Source: Gemmatimonadales bacterium UBA2960
GTDB taxonomy: Bacteria > Gemmatimonadota > Gemmatimonadetes > Longimicrobiales > Gaopeijiaceae
DNA: 64,000 nucleotides
NCBI GenBank assembly: GCA_002348465.1
Contig: DEBI01000134.1
Location: 375-64,374 of the forward strand
Reading direction: 5' to 3'
Made by a program: the position numbers and the translations under genes. Of this stretch, positions 36,700-46,635 are shown one piece after another. Each line of letters begins with the position of its first letter. Position 1 is the stretch's first letter. Under the pieces are notes generated by a model. The model had not been told where the DNA came from. It saw nothing but the letters and a program-made list of their open reading frames with translations, and made no database searches.

Positions 36700-37775
36700 A
36701 GGTTGAGTTGCTGCTAGGAGCCGATGCATTCTGGGCTAGGCTAAGAGAAGATCTGGACCGAGCACGTCGTCGGGCTTGGTTACAGACTTTTACGTTCGAG
36801 GGTGACCGTGCCGGGATCAGGCTGGGGCGAGCGATTGAAGGTTGTTTGGCTCTGGATCGCCGATTCTTGGTCGACTCTTACTCATTACTGTACCACAGCG
36901 ATCGGATCATCCCAGGCACTGCTTGGTTAGATCGAGCTATGCGGGTAGAAGTATCCTTAACGCATCGCTGGATCCGACGGCTACGTAGTGTGGGAGTCCA
37001 GGTTCGGTTCGGGAATCCGATAGGACCTATGCTGACGGGGATACTCCGGCGCAATCACAAGAAGCTGGCACTCTTTGATGACCGGATAGCATACCTGGGT
37101 GGAATTAATTTCAGCGACCATAACTTCGCGTGGAACGACATGATGCTGCGGATAGAAAGTGAGCAGCTTGTCCGTACGCTTGCTCTCGATTTCTTGAGCA
37201 CATGGGCTGGTCGGTCAACTACGTGGGATGTCGATATCAATGGCTTGAGAGTCATCTCTGTCTCTGGGCGTGGGAACCGCCGCGCTTTTAAGCCTCTCAT
37301 AAGAGCGATCGGAGCAGCGCGTTCGACCGTCGACGTAGTTAGCGCTTACCTATCATATCCATTTACCAATTACCTGGCTGACGCTTCGTCTAGAGGCGTT
37401 CGAGTCCGAGTTCTTACACCAGCTGAGAACAACAAGCCAAACCTCTCTCGGCACATTATTGAACGAGGCCATCGCCACAAGTTTGAGGTTTTCCAATACA
37501 AGGGTGGGATGAACCACATGAAGGCAATGCTTATTGATGGTGAGAATCTTGTTGTGGGATCAAGCAATTTTGATTTCATGGGTATAACCCTGCTAGAAGA
37601 GCATTTGGTTATGACCAGGAAACGCGACTTGGTCGAGGACTTCATAGAAAGGGTCTGGGAGCCAGAGATATCTCGAGCCACCGCAACATCCCCAGAGTCC
37701 TCGGTTGCCACTCGCTTGGGTGATGCTGCGGTAATGGCGGGGGCGTTCCTCGCTTCTCTACTCGAGAGGAATTAG
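36696..37775 (+). CDS. Phospholipase D / cardiolipin-synthase-like protein (two HKD motifs)
   Basis: HKKLALFDDRIAYLGGINFSD and HMKAMLIDGENLVVGSSNFD. The GTG at 36696 overlaps the upstream TGA (gtga); the track start at 36522 lies deep inside the upstream gene. Confidence 0.8.
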   Translation: MKVELLLGADAFWARLREDLDRARRRAWLQTFTFEGDRAGIRLGRAIEGCLALDRRFLVDSYSLLYHSDRIIPGTAWLDRAMRVEVSLTHRWIRRLRSVGVQVRFGNPIGPMLTGILRRNHKKLALFDDRIAYLGGINFSDHNFAWNDMMLRIESEQLVRTLALDFLSTWAGRSTTWDVDINGLRVISVSGRGNRRAFKPLIRAIGAARSTVDVVSAYLSYPFTNYLADASSRGVRVRVLTPAENNKPNLSRHIIERGHRHKFEVFQYKGGMNHMKAMLIDGENLVVGSSNFDFMGITLLEEHLVMTRKRDLVEDFIERVWEPEISRATATSPESSVATRLGDAAVMAGAFLASLLERN

Positions 37776-37957
37776 GCGCCCCAGCGTAAATTACTCTTGG
37801 GATAGCCCCCAAATAGTGTTGCCGGGATGCTTTATTTGAGTTGTTGGTAGCCGGTAGCATCCGCGGCCCCTATTCTCTTTACCTAGAATTCGTCGATTCG
37901 AGTCGCTCATGCCGAATATCGGTCATGGGCGTTCCATTCAATTGGAGGTCTTTAGGC

Positions 37958-40957
37958 ATGAGACCACGGCTTCACCAAACCTCTCTTTTCGGGTTGAGTC
38001 TAACGTTGCTGATTGCGGGTGGATTGAACGCCCAGCAGGCGACGCGCACACAGCCCGTGGAGGGAATTCGGGACAACGGAACTGGTTACCACGCACTAAC
38101 GAACGTGCGGGTTGTCCAGGCGCCAGGGAAGGTGCTCGACAACGCGACCATAGTTATCCGCGATGGTATCATTAAAGAAGTGTCGCGTGACGGCGAAGCG
38201 CCGGCAGGCGCTCGCATTTGGGACCTTAGTGGTCACACTGTCTATCCGGGCTTCATTGACGCTCATGCCGACCTGGGTATGGACGCTGTTCCAGAAGGTG
38301 GGGACGTCGGTCCGACGCACTGGAATCCGCAGGTTCGGGCTTGGTTCAGCACGACCGCGAACCTTCAGGACGATTCTCAACGCCGAGCTGCGCTCCGGTC
38401 ACAGGGGTTCGGAACAGCACTAGCTGTGCCCGGTCAGGGAATCTTCCGAGGAACTGGCTCGGTTGTAAATCTTGGGGATGCTGGAGTTCGGGAAAGGGTG
38501 CTGGTGCCGGACATGATTCAAGCGATTGGGTTTCAGCGCTCGTTCGAACTCGGTGGTTCCTATCCGAATTCGACTATGGGCACCACGGCCCTCATGAAGC
38601 AGACCCTAATGGACGCCGACTGGTACATCCGTGCTTGGGATGCGTATGAGTCGAGTGGTCGTTCGTTCTTACCGCCTGAGACTAGTGAAGCGCTCGGTGC
38701 TCTCGAATCAGTCGTTCAGGGAGGACAACCGGTGGTTTTTGAAACGAGTAGCGAGGAAGAATACCTTCGCGCTCATGCGATTGCGTCCGAGTTCGGCGTT
38801 CAGGCATGGTATAGAGGTAGTGGACAGGAGTACCGACTCATTGACGTCTTGAGGGATCGACGCGACCCGCTCATTGTCCCACTTGATTTTCCCGATGCCC
38901 CCGACGTAACAGATCCGGAAGCGGCGCTGAATGCGACACTCCAGGATTTGCGACACTGGTATCTGGCTCCTACGAGTCCCGCTCAGTTAGCGGATGCTGG
39001 CATTCCATTCGCGATAACGGCCGATGGCATGTCGTCGATTAACGATTTCTTGCCAAATCTTCGGATAGCTGTAGCTCGCGGTCTTTCGTCCGATGACGCG
39101 CTTGCCGCATTGACGACCACGCCCGCGAGATGGCTTGGCCTGTCCCGAAGCCATGGGACGATTGAGGAGGGCAAAATCGCGAATCTCCTGGTATCTGAAG
39201 GAGATCTCTTCACTCAGGATGCAGAGATCCGAGATGTCTGGGTTCAGGGTCGTGTGTACGATATCACCCGTCCGGCTCAAATCGATCCCCGTGGCACTTG
39301 GCGGATTACTTCTACTGACGAGTGGGGCTTTGACGCCATACTTACGCTCGAGGGGCCAGTTAATCGCCTTCGGGGTCAGCTAGAGGTCGCCGCGGGCTCG
39401 ACGACGCGCTTCGACGGCGCACTGGTTAACATCTCTTCTGCTGAAGCAGTGGCCGAGACAGGCCGAATCGAGGTCAGATTCGACGGAGAGGAACTCGGAT
39501 ACCAGGGTACAGTCCTGCTCGCTGGATCAGTTCGTGGTGATGAGTTCTTTGGATGGACGTCCCTACCCAACGGAGCTGACCCGTCGTTCAGCGGCTCGCG
39601 CGAAGACGAGTATGAAGGCCCGGAGCGCGGTGCTGTCGCGATGAACGTGCCGGAGTTGGATCTTCCGTTCATTCGTCCGATGATGGAGTATGGGGTCAGC
39701 TCTATTCCAGAGCAGCCGGATGCAGTGGTGGTCCGCAACGCAACTATCTGGACTATGGGTCCGCAGGGTCGGATGGAAAATGCCGACCTCTTAATCCAAA
39801 ATGGAGAGGTGGTTGAAGTTGGCATGAATCTCGATGCGCCTCGTGGCTCAGTGGAGATTGATGGGACGGACAAGCATGTCACTCCTGGGCTGATCGATCC
39901 GCACATCCACTCGGGAGTCAGTTCAGTCAATGAGTCGGGCTTCGCGATTGTACCTGAAGTTCGAATGGGTGATGTGGTAACGCACAACAACGTATGGATG
40001 TACCGCCAGCTAGCAGGCGGGCTAACCACCGCTATGATCAAGCATGGTTCGGCCAACCCAATTGGGGGCGAGAACGTGATTGTAAAGATGCGTTGGGGCG
40101 CTCTTCCTGATCAGATAGAGATGGATACAGATACGCGCACAGTGAAATTTGCTTTAGGGGAGAACCCCAAGCGCCGCCAAAACCGATACCCGGACACGCG
40201 GATGGGCACGCAGGAGATCATCCGTGATCACTTCCTCGCTGCCAGGGACTATGAGCGAGATTGGAGGAGTTGGGAGGAGAATCAGGAGGGGATCCCACCT
40301 CGTCGCGATATGCGAATGGAGGCGATTCTAGACATCCTGAATCAAGAACTGCTCATTTCGTCGCACGGGTATCGTGCAGATGAGTTCCTTGCCTTGGTCC
40401 GTCTAGCCGAAGAATTCGACTTCCGCGTACAGACGCTGCAGCACGGTATCGAGGCATACAAGATAGCCCCTGAGCTGGCCCAGTCCGGCGTCGCTGCTGT
40501 GGTCTGGAGTGATTGGGGTGGGTTCAAGATGGAAGCGTACGACGCCACGGCTTACAATGCGCGGGTTCTGATGGAGGCGGGAGTGACCACGTCACTTCAC
40601 TCTGATAACAGTGAGATCGCCTCAAGAATGAATTGGGAAGCGGGCAAGCTGCTGCGGACGGGCCTGACTGAGGAACAGGCGCTGTCTACCGTGACTATCC
40701 AATCCGCCCGAGCCATTGCGATCGATGATCGTGTGGGATCACTCGAGCCTGGAAAGGATGGGGATTTTGTAGTTTGGAACGGTAATCCTTTGTCGCAGTT
40801 TACGCGTCCGGAGCAAACGTGGCTGGATGGACGTCGGTATTTTTCTATCGACGAGGACATGGAGCTTAGAGAACGGATCAAGGACGAACGAAGCCGTCTA
40901 ATTCAGGCTGTGCTTTCTTCGCAAAACGGAAACGGCCCCCGTGCCGGAGGCGAATGA
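37958..40957 (+). CDS. Secreted two-module amidohydrolase-superfamily protein
   Basis: The ATG at 37958 (ggagg 9 nt upstream) gives the signal MRPRLHQTSLFGLSLTLLIAGGLNAQQ. Module 1 has YPGFIDAHADLG and module 2 has TPGLIDPHIHSG (canonical HxH). The C-terminal GSLEPGKDGDFVVW block is typical. Confidence 0.8.
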   Translation: MRPRLHQTSLFGLSLTLLIAGGLNAQQATRTQPVEGIRDNGTGYHALTNVRVVQAPGKVLDNATIVIRDGIIKEVSRDGEAPAGARIWDLSGHTVYPGFIDAHADLGMDAVPEGGDVGPTHWNPQVRAWFSTTANLQDDSQRRAALRSQGFGTALAVPGQGIFRGTGSVVNLGDAGVRERVLVPDMIQAIGFQRSFELGGSYPNSTMGTTALMKQTLMDADWYIRAWDAYESSGRSFLPPETSEALGALESVVQGGQPVVFETSSEEEYLRAHAIASEFGVQAWYRGSGQEYRLIDVLRDRRDPLIVPLDFPDAPDVTDPEAALNATLQDLRHWYLAPTSPAQLADAGIPFAITADGMSSINDFLPNLRIAVARGLSSDDALAALTTTPARWLGLSRSHGTIEEGKIANLLVSEGDLFTQDAEIRDVWVQGRVYDITRPAQIDPRGTWRITSTDEWGFDAILTLEGPVNRLRGQLEVAAGSTTRFDGALVNISSAEAVAETGRIEVRFDGEELGYQGTVLLAGSVRGDEFFGWTSLPNGADPSFSGSREDEYEGPERGAVAMNVPELDLPFIRPMMEYGVSSIPEQPDAVVVRNATIWTMGPQGRMENADLLIQNGEVVEVGMNLDAPRGSVEIDGTDKHVTPGLIDPHIHSGVSSVNESGFAIVPEVRMGDVVTHNNVWMYRQLAGGLTTAMIKHGSANPIGGENVIVKMRWGALPDQIEMDTDTRTVKFALGENPKRRQNRYPDTRMGTQEIIRDHFLAARDYERDWRSWEENQEGIPPRRDMRMEAILDILNQELLISSHGYRADEFLALVRLAEEFDFRVQTLQHGIEAYKIAPELAQSGVAAVVWSDWGGFKMEAYDATAYNARVLMEAGVTTSLHSDNSEIASRMNWEAGKLLRTGLTEEQALSTVTIQSARAIAIDDRVGSLEPGKDGDFVVWNGNPLSQFTRPEQTWLDGRRYFSIDEDMELRERIKDERSRLIQAVLSSQNGNGPRAGGE

Positions 40958-42285
40958 TGATGAATATCAAGAATTCGATGAAGGTGAGTGTGATTGCGGC
41001 GATTGTTCTACCAATGGCGCTTAATGGGCAGGTACGGATGACTGTGCCGCCTCAGGCGGAGGCGATCGCGATTGAGGGAGCTACCATCCATACAGTGACG
41101 AACGGGGTGATCGAGGGTGGGACAATCATCTTCAACAACGGGGTTATAACTTCGATAGGTGCCAACCTAGAGATTCCGGCAGGGACGAGAGTGGTCGACG
41201 GAGGAGGTAAACACATATATCCAGGTCTGATTGACGCATACAGTACCGTTGGAATTTCGGAGATTGGCGCGGTTGGGGTCTCGAATGATGTCAATGAACT
41301 AGGAGACTTTAATCCGAACGTCCGGGCAGATGTCGCGGTGAACGCGGAGAGCCGGCACATCGGCACATCTCGATCAGCAGGAGTGCTTGTTGCCTTTAGC
41401 ACGCCAGGTGGAGGACTCATCTCTGGTATGTCTTCTGCGCTAAGTCTAGAAGGATGGAGTTGGGAGGAGATGTCGATGGAGTCCTCGGCTGCTCTGAACG
41501 TGAACTGGCCTAACCCCAATCCTCGTCGTTTTCGAGGTTTTGGGGGACGTGGAGGTCCGCAGGAGCCTCCGCCCTCATACGAGGAACAGGTTCAGGCTTT
41601 GAAGAATTTTTTTTCCGAGGCCCGCGCATATCGGAATGCGATCGCAGCCGATGAGGAGGTGCGCACCGATTCGCGGTATGCCGCGATGGTGTCGGTCTTG
41701 GATGGTAAGATTCCGGTGGTCGTAGCCGCCGATGGAGCAGCGCAGATTAACGACGCAGTTACGTGGGCGCTTGAAGAAGATGTCGAGATAGTAATCCGCG
41801 GTGGAGCTGATGCTATTCATGTAGCCGACCGTCTCGTCGCTCATGACATTCCAGTAATCCTGACTTCTACAATGGCGGCGCCGGGTCGCGACTATGAGGG
41901 TTACGACGGAGCTTATACAATGCCAGCTCGACTGCATGAGGCAGGAGTGCGGTTCGCAATTTCGGGCGGTTCGGGTTCACTCTATACCAACCGCCTCCCT
42001 TGGGAGGCTGGCGTCGCTGTGGCATTTGGACTTCCGGAGGACGAGGCGCTCAAGGCGGTGACGATTAACGCTGCCGAATTTATGGGCGTAGCAGATCGCG
42101 TAGGCTCACTCGAGGTCGGCAAGCAGGCCACCTTTTTGATCACTACAGGAACACCGCTGGACATGACCAGCGACATTGAGCAGTCCTACATTCAGGGCCG
42201 CGAGATCGACATGATGGATATACAAAAGTTCTTTTTCGAAAAGTACATGACTAAGGTCATGCAGTATCTTCGGATCGTCATGTAA
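40954..42285 (+). CDS. Secreted amidohydrolase-superfamily protein with a degenerate metal motif
   Basis: The ATG overlaps the upstream TGA (atga). Signal MMMNIKNSMKVSVIAAIVLPMALNGQ. YPGLIDAYSTVG occupies the HxH position. GSLEVGKQATFLI is the C-terminal block. Confidence 0.8.
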   Translation: MMMNIKNSMKVSVIAAIVLPMALNGQVRMTVPPQAEAIAIEGATIHTVTNGVIEGGTIIFNNGVITSIGANLEIPAGTRVVDGGGKHIYPGLIDAYSTVGISEIGAVGVSNDVNELGDFNPNVRADVAVNAESRHIGTSRSAGVLVAFSTPGGGLISGMSSALSLEGWSWEEMSMESSAALNVNWPNPNPRRFRGFGGRGGPQEPPPSYEEQVQALKNFFSEARAYRNAIAADEEVRTDSRYAAMVSVLDGKIPVVVAADGAAQINDAVTWALEEDVEIVIRGGADAIHVADRLVAHDIPVILTSTMAAPGRDYEGYDGAYTMPARLHEAGVRFAISGGSGSLYTNRLPWEAGVAVAFGLPEDEALKAVTINAAEFMGVADRVGSLEVGKQATFLITTGTPLDMTSDIEQSYIQGREIDMMDIQKFFFEKYMTKVMQYLRIVM

Positions 42286-42311
42286 CGATAGAGCGCTCTT
42301 TTTTAGGAGCG

Positions 42312-42357
42312 AAACGCGCCTCTCCGATCTTTCTTGGTCCGGAGGGGCGCGTTTTTG
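42312..42357 (+). terminator. Rho-independent terminator downstream of the amidohydrolase pair
   Basis: aaacgcgcctctccg (42312-42326) pairs with cggaggggcgcgttt (42340-42354), 14 bp with one G-U, followed by ttttt. Confidence 0.7.
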
Positions 42358-42450
42358 TAAATCTGATTGACTGGCGAGCGCGAGACGGATCAGGTCAAAC
42401 TATGAGACCCTCTGCATAAACAGAGCCGGATCTCAGTTCGATCTTACCCG

Positions 42451-43047
42451 TCATAGGTATGGGTTTTCTCCCGACGAATGGTCCGTGACGTCGTGGACTG
42501 CGGTCAACTCCGGCACTGCGTCCCGGAGCATACGTTCAACACCTTGGCGCAGTGTCATGCGAGAAAGTGCACACCCTTGGCACCCGCCACTCATTTCGAC
42601 GTAGATGTCAGTGTCTTCTACATCCACCAGAGAGATCATGCCACCATGAGCCGAGATAGCTGGGTTCACTTGGTTGTCCAGAACCATTCGGACCGCGTCA
42701 GCAATTTCACCCGTCGGTTCACCGGAATCAGTTCGCTTCAAAGTCGATTTGGGTATCCGCTCTTCATCCGGACGTATCTCAAAACCACTTTCGTTGGCAC
42801 GCTCCACATAGTCGACCGTGGCTCCTTCGAGAAGTCCCAAGTCTTTTTCTCGAATCAGCACCTGAATGTCGTTCACATGAAAAGAACGCTCGTCTTCTGT
42901 ACTCTCGGAGATCTCTATCAGCGTGAGATCAAAATGAGGTGCTGTCGTTGGGCCAGTGACTGCAATTCGGAGAGCTTGGCTTGGATTGGGATCGCCAGCA
43001 AGAAAGGTCTCGAGGACCTCAGCGGCGTGATCGGTAAACTTGATCAT
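42451..43047 (-). CDS. nfuA: NfuA-type Fe-S biogenesis protein (degenerate A-type domain + Nfu domain)
   Basis: The C-terminal GGMISLVDVEDTDIYVEMSGGCQGCALSRMTLRQGVE carries the Nfu CxxC motif. The N-terminal half is HesB/IscA-like but lacks the Cys ligands, as in NfuA. Confidence 0.75.
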   Translation of the reverse strand: MIKFTDHAAEVLETFLAGDPNPSQALRIAVTGPTTAPHFDLTLIEISESTEDERSFHVNDIQVLIREKDLGLLEGATVDYVERANESGFEIRPDEERIPKSTLKRTDSGEPTGEIADAVRMVLDNQVNPAISAHGGMISLVDVEDTDIYVEMSGGCQGCALSRMTLRQGVERMLRDAVPELTAVHDVTDHSSGENPYL

Positions 43048-43221
43048 TCTGATTGATAACAGTTGGAGGGTTTGTGATATGAAGTTAATACACGTTCCGA
43101 GTTCATGGGTCCTTAAGCGGATGTTCCATAAAGCACTAGGAGGCGTTGATCACCCCATCGGCCCCCGGTACCTTTCCCGCTCTTCAGGAGTCTTGGAAAG
43201 ACTCACGCCTTGAGGCTTTTT

Positions 43222-44538
43222 ATGCCCACTCAGGATCTGATGGACAAGCTTGTTTCGCTGTCTAAACGTCGTGGATACATCTTCCAATCTTCCGAGATTT
43301 ACGGCGGTACCGGTTCAGTTTGGGATTACGGTCCTCTCGGTGTGGAATTGAAGCGAAACATAAAAGAGCGCTGGTGGGCTTCGATGGTTCATCGCCGTGA
43401 CGACATTGAAGGACTTGATGCAGCGATCCTTATGAACCCTCGAGTTTGGGAGGCGTCTGGTCATGTCGATGGGTTTACGGACCCGCTCATCGAATGTACG
43501 AACTGTCATCGCCGCTTTCGAGCCGACCTGCCAGAAGTAGCAGAAGGGCAGTGCCCAAGCTGTGGCAAGAAGGATGCGTTCACAGAGCCGCGGATGTTCA
43601 ATCTTATGTTCAAGACGTTCATGGGTCCGGTGGAGGACTCGTCTGCGACAGTGTACATCCGCCCGGAGACGGCCCAGGGGATCTTCGTGAATTTCTTGAA
43701 TGTGCAGGGATCTGCTCGGCAGAAGGTTCCCTTCGGCATCGCCCAGATTGGAAAGGCATTCAGAAACGAGATCACGCCTGGGAATTTTATCTTTCGGACT
43801 AGAGAATTTGAGCAGGCTGAGATGCAGTTCTTCGTCAAGCCGGGCGAAGACGACGAGTGGTTTGCGCGTTGGATGGATGTGCGGATGCAGTGGCACAAAG
43901 ACCTCGGAATCCGAGAGGAAAAGCTGAGATTCCATAAGCATGGACCCGACGAATTAGCCCATTATGCGAAAGACGCACACGATATCGAGTACGAATTCCC
44001 CTTCGGGTGGAAGGAGTTTGAGGGCATACACAATCGGACCGACTTCGATCTGGCTAGGCATCAAGAGTATTCGGGAAAACGGCTCGAGTACATCGATGCA
44101 CCAACCAACGAGCGTTTCATCCCATACGTTATCGAAACGTCGATGGGTGTGGACCGTACCACGCTTGTTGTGCTAGCGGATGCGTATCGGGAAGAGGACG
44201 TAGAGGGTGAAACTAGGGTTTTGATGGCCCTGAGTCCGGAGATAGCTCCTGTAAAGGCGGCAGTATTCCCACTAGTTAAGAAGGATGGGATGCCGGAGCT
44301 TGCAAGGAAGATTCAATCCGATCTCCGTTCGGCAGCGATAAACTCGTTCTACGATCAGTCCGGGGCCATCGGTCGCCGATACCGTCGTCAGGACGAGGTT
44401 GGGACTCCGTGGTGCATTACAGTGGATGGAGAGTCCTTGGAGAAGGGAACGGTCACTATTCGGGATCGTGATACCCTTGAGCAGGTTCGGATATCAATGG
44501 ATCAAATAGTGACTTGGATCCAGGAGCAACTAAGCTGA
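43222..44538 (+). CDS. glyQS: Glycine--tRNA ligase (dimeric class II GlyQS type)
   Basis: MPTQDLMDKLVSLSKRRGYIFQSSEIYGG..WDYGPLGVELK, RPETAQGIF, FRNEITP, HYA....DIEY.FPFGW.E..GI..R.D.DL. The ATG at 43222 is preceded by gagg. Confidence 0.95.
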   Translation: MPTQDLMDKLVSLSKRRGYIFQSSEIYGGTGSVWDYGPLGVELKRNIKERWWASMVHRRDDIEGLDAAILMNPRVWEASGHVDGFTDPLIECTNCHRRFRADLPEVAEGQCPSCGKKDAFTEPRMFNLMFKTFMGPVEDSSATVYIRPETAQGIFVNFLNVQGSARQKVPFGIAQIGKAFRNEITPGNFIFRTREFEQAEMQFFVKPGEDDEWFARWMDVRMQWHKDLGIREEKLRFHKHGPDELAHYAKDAHDIEYEFPFGWKEFEGIHNRTDFDLARHQEYSGKRLEYIDAPTNERFIPYVIETSMGVDRTTLVVLADAYREEDVEGETRVLMALSPEIAPVKAAVFPLVKKDGMPELARKIQSDLRSAAINSFYDQSGAIGRRYRRQDEVGTPWCITVDGESLEKGTVTIRDRDTLEQVRISMDQIVTWIQEQLS

Positions 44539-44999
44539 GCGACGAAAAGCGGGTTAGGGATGATCTCATCATTTACGCTGCGGGAGAGATCCATTCTGAC
44601 TGGCGAGACCAGTTCAGAGGACATCTCGAAGAGTTGGGTGTCGACACACATGTAGTGGGGCCGCAGGAAGTACACGATCGGTCTGACTCAGTCGGCGAAG
44701 ACATCCTTGGCGAGCAGCCAGCACCAGTGTATCGAGACCTGATGGGTGCACGAGTGAATACCTTGAGGACGCGAGTCCTGATGCAACGTGCGGACGTTTG
44801 TGTCGCTTACTTTGGACCAAAGTACAAACAATGGAACACTGCTTTAGACGCAGGAGCAGCCATTGCTAGCGGTGTACCGTTGATTCTGGTCAGAAGCGAG
44901 GAGAATGTTCACGCCCTCAAAGAAGTGGATGCACTAGCTAGCCTGACAGTTGAAACATTGGAACAGGCGGCTCAGGCAGTGGCATACATCTTCGAGTAG
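44514..44999 (+). CDS. YtoQ-like / nucleoside 2-deoxyribosyltransferase-fold protein
   Basis: IIYAAGEIHSDWRDQF near the N-terminus resembles the YtoQ family as I recall it. TTG start, 25-nt overlap with glyQS. The assignment is from memory of the family pattern only. Confidence 0.5.
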   Translation: MDPGATKLSDEKRVRDDLIIYAAGEIHSDWRDQFRGHLEELGVDTHVVGPQEVHDRSDSVGEDILGEQPAPVYRDLMGARVNTLRTRVLMQRADVCVAYFGPKYKQWNTALDAGAAIASGVPLILVRSEENVHALKEVDALASLTVETLEQAAQAVAYIFE

Positions 45000-45052
45000 C
45001 GTATAGTCCCTCGGGTCGATTCCCGACTCGTTCACAACCAAATCGCGGGAGT

Positions 45053-46531
45053 ATGCTCGTGTCGTCGAAGTCCGAAGTCTTCAGCTCACGTTGGGGCATG
45101 CTTCTCGCGATGCTGGGAATGGCGGTGGGAACCGGGAATATTTGGAGGTTCCCGCGCATAGCAGCGAGCAACGGCGGTGGATCGTTCTTGGTTGCTTGGG
45201 TTGTCTTTCTCCTCGCCTGGTCTGTCCCGCTGCTGATTCTCGAATTTGGGATGGGTAAGGCGACACGAAGCGGCTCAATTGGATCATTCGTTAAGATTCT
45301 TGGACCGGGTTTCGCTTGGATGGGTGCGTGGATCGCATTCGTAGCTACGGCGATCATGTTCTATTACTCGGTCGTGATGGGTTGGACGATCCGCTTCTTT
45401 GTCGGGACTATCACGGGAGATATTCCGACGCCGGGTGCGGCACCTGATGCATTCTGGGAGTCATTCCATTCGACACCGGGAGCAATCGTGACGCACGCTG
45501 TGGCTATGGGTTTGGCGCTCTTCGTGGTTTCAAAGGGTGTCAAGGGCATAGAAACCGCAGCCAAGGTTCTCATTCCAAGCCTGATTGTTCTGGTTCTTGT
45601 GCTCGCCATCCGTGCGTTGACGATGCCAGGTGCCTCTGAAGGCCTTGCGTTTCTGTTTACGCCAGAGCTCTCGGAGCTTACGAACTACAGTATCTGGATA
45701 GAGGCGCTGACGCAGAACGCATGGGACACAGGGGCGGGGTGGGGTCTCGTGCTCACCTATGCCATTTACATGCGGGCAAATGAAGACACCGCCCTGAATG
45801 CGTTTGTGATCGGATTTGGGAATAATTCGATGTCGCTTCTAGCTGGAATTATGGTTCTGTGCACGGTCTTCTCTGTTATGCCAGTGGCTGAGGCTGAAGC
45901 CATGTTGGCTACTTCTGGAAATGAAGGGCTGACCTTTATCTGGGTTCCACAACTCTTCCAACAGATCCCAGGTGGTCAGTTTTTCCAAGCGCTATTCTTT
46001 TTGGCGTTGGTTTTCGCAGCTTGGACAAGCTTAGTAGCCATGATTGAGATGGCGTCGCGCCTTCTCATGGATCTAGGATTCGAGCGAGGAAAGGCCATTG
46101 GAATCGTCGGCGTGGCTGGGCTATTACTCGGGATTCCGAGTGCGCTAAAGCTAGAGATCTTCCAGAACCAGGACTGGGTTTGGGGGGTGGCACTCATGGT
46201 TTCTGGCTTCTTCTTCGCTTTTGCAGTCCTCAAGTACGGCGTAACTAGGTTCCGCGAGACCTTCATAAATCAATCAGGCTCTGATATTCAGATCGGGCCT
46301 TGGTGGGACTGGGCGATGCGGCTTGTCGCTTTCGAAGCCGTTTTCCTAGCGGCTTGGTTCTTGTGGAGCGCGCGAAGTGATGACTTCCGGGAGACGTGGA
46401 CATTGTTCAGCCCATACAATGTCGGGTCCGTCGTGATTCAGTTCGTTATCGTCCTGATCATATTCCTGCTACTGAATAAACGAATTGCGAGTGCGGTTCA
46501 AAGGGGCCAGGAGCAGCCCGCAGCGGAGTAG
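45053..46531 (+). CDS. Neurotransmitter:sodium symporter (NSS/SNF) family transporter
   Basis: FSSRWGMLLAMLGMAVGTGNIWRFPRIAASNGGGSFLVAW is the NSS N-terminal signature. About 12 TM. Confidence 0.9.
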   Translation: MLVSSKSEVFSSRWGMLLAMLGMAVGTGNIWRFPRIAASNGGGSFLVAWVVFLLAWSVPLLILEFGMGKATRSGSIGSFVKILGPGFAWMGAWIAFVATAIMFYYSVVMGWTIRFFVGTITGDIPTPGAAPDAFWESFHSTPGAIVTHAVAMGLALFVVSKGVKGIETAAKVLIPSLIVLVLVLAIRALTMPGASEGLAFLFTPELSELTNYSIWIEALTQNAWDTGAGWGLVLTYAIYMRANEDTALNAFVIGFGNNSMSLLAGIMVLCTVFSVMPVAEAEAMLATSGNEGLTFIWVPQLFQQIPGGQFFQALFFLALVFAAWTSLVAMIEMASRLLMDLGFERGKAIGIVGVAGLLLGIPSALKLEIFQNQDWVWGVALMVSGFFFAFAVLKYGVTRFRETFINQSGSDIQIGPWWDWAMRLVAFEAVFLAAWFLWSARSDDFRETWTLFSPYNVGSVVIQFVIVLIIFLLLNKRIASAVQRGQEQPAAE

Positions 46532-46635
46532 GTTAGGGTTTCGAATGATCCTGCACCTAACAGGTCTTCCCCTTGTGCTCGCATCAGAGACACTTGCGGG
46601 TGAGCGAACAGTGATGGTCCGGGGGTAGCGGATCT

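Noticed and set aside
46536-46551. tRNA T-loop-like string GGGTTTCGAATGATCC in the intergenic region after the NSS transporter.
   Set aside because: The flanking bases do not form a T-stem (AGGGT versus GATCC), and no acceptor or anticodon arms can be drawn. It is not a tRNA.
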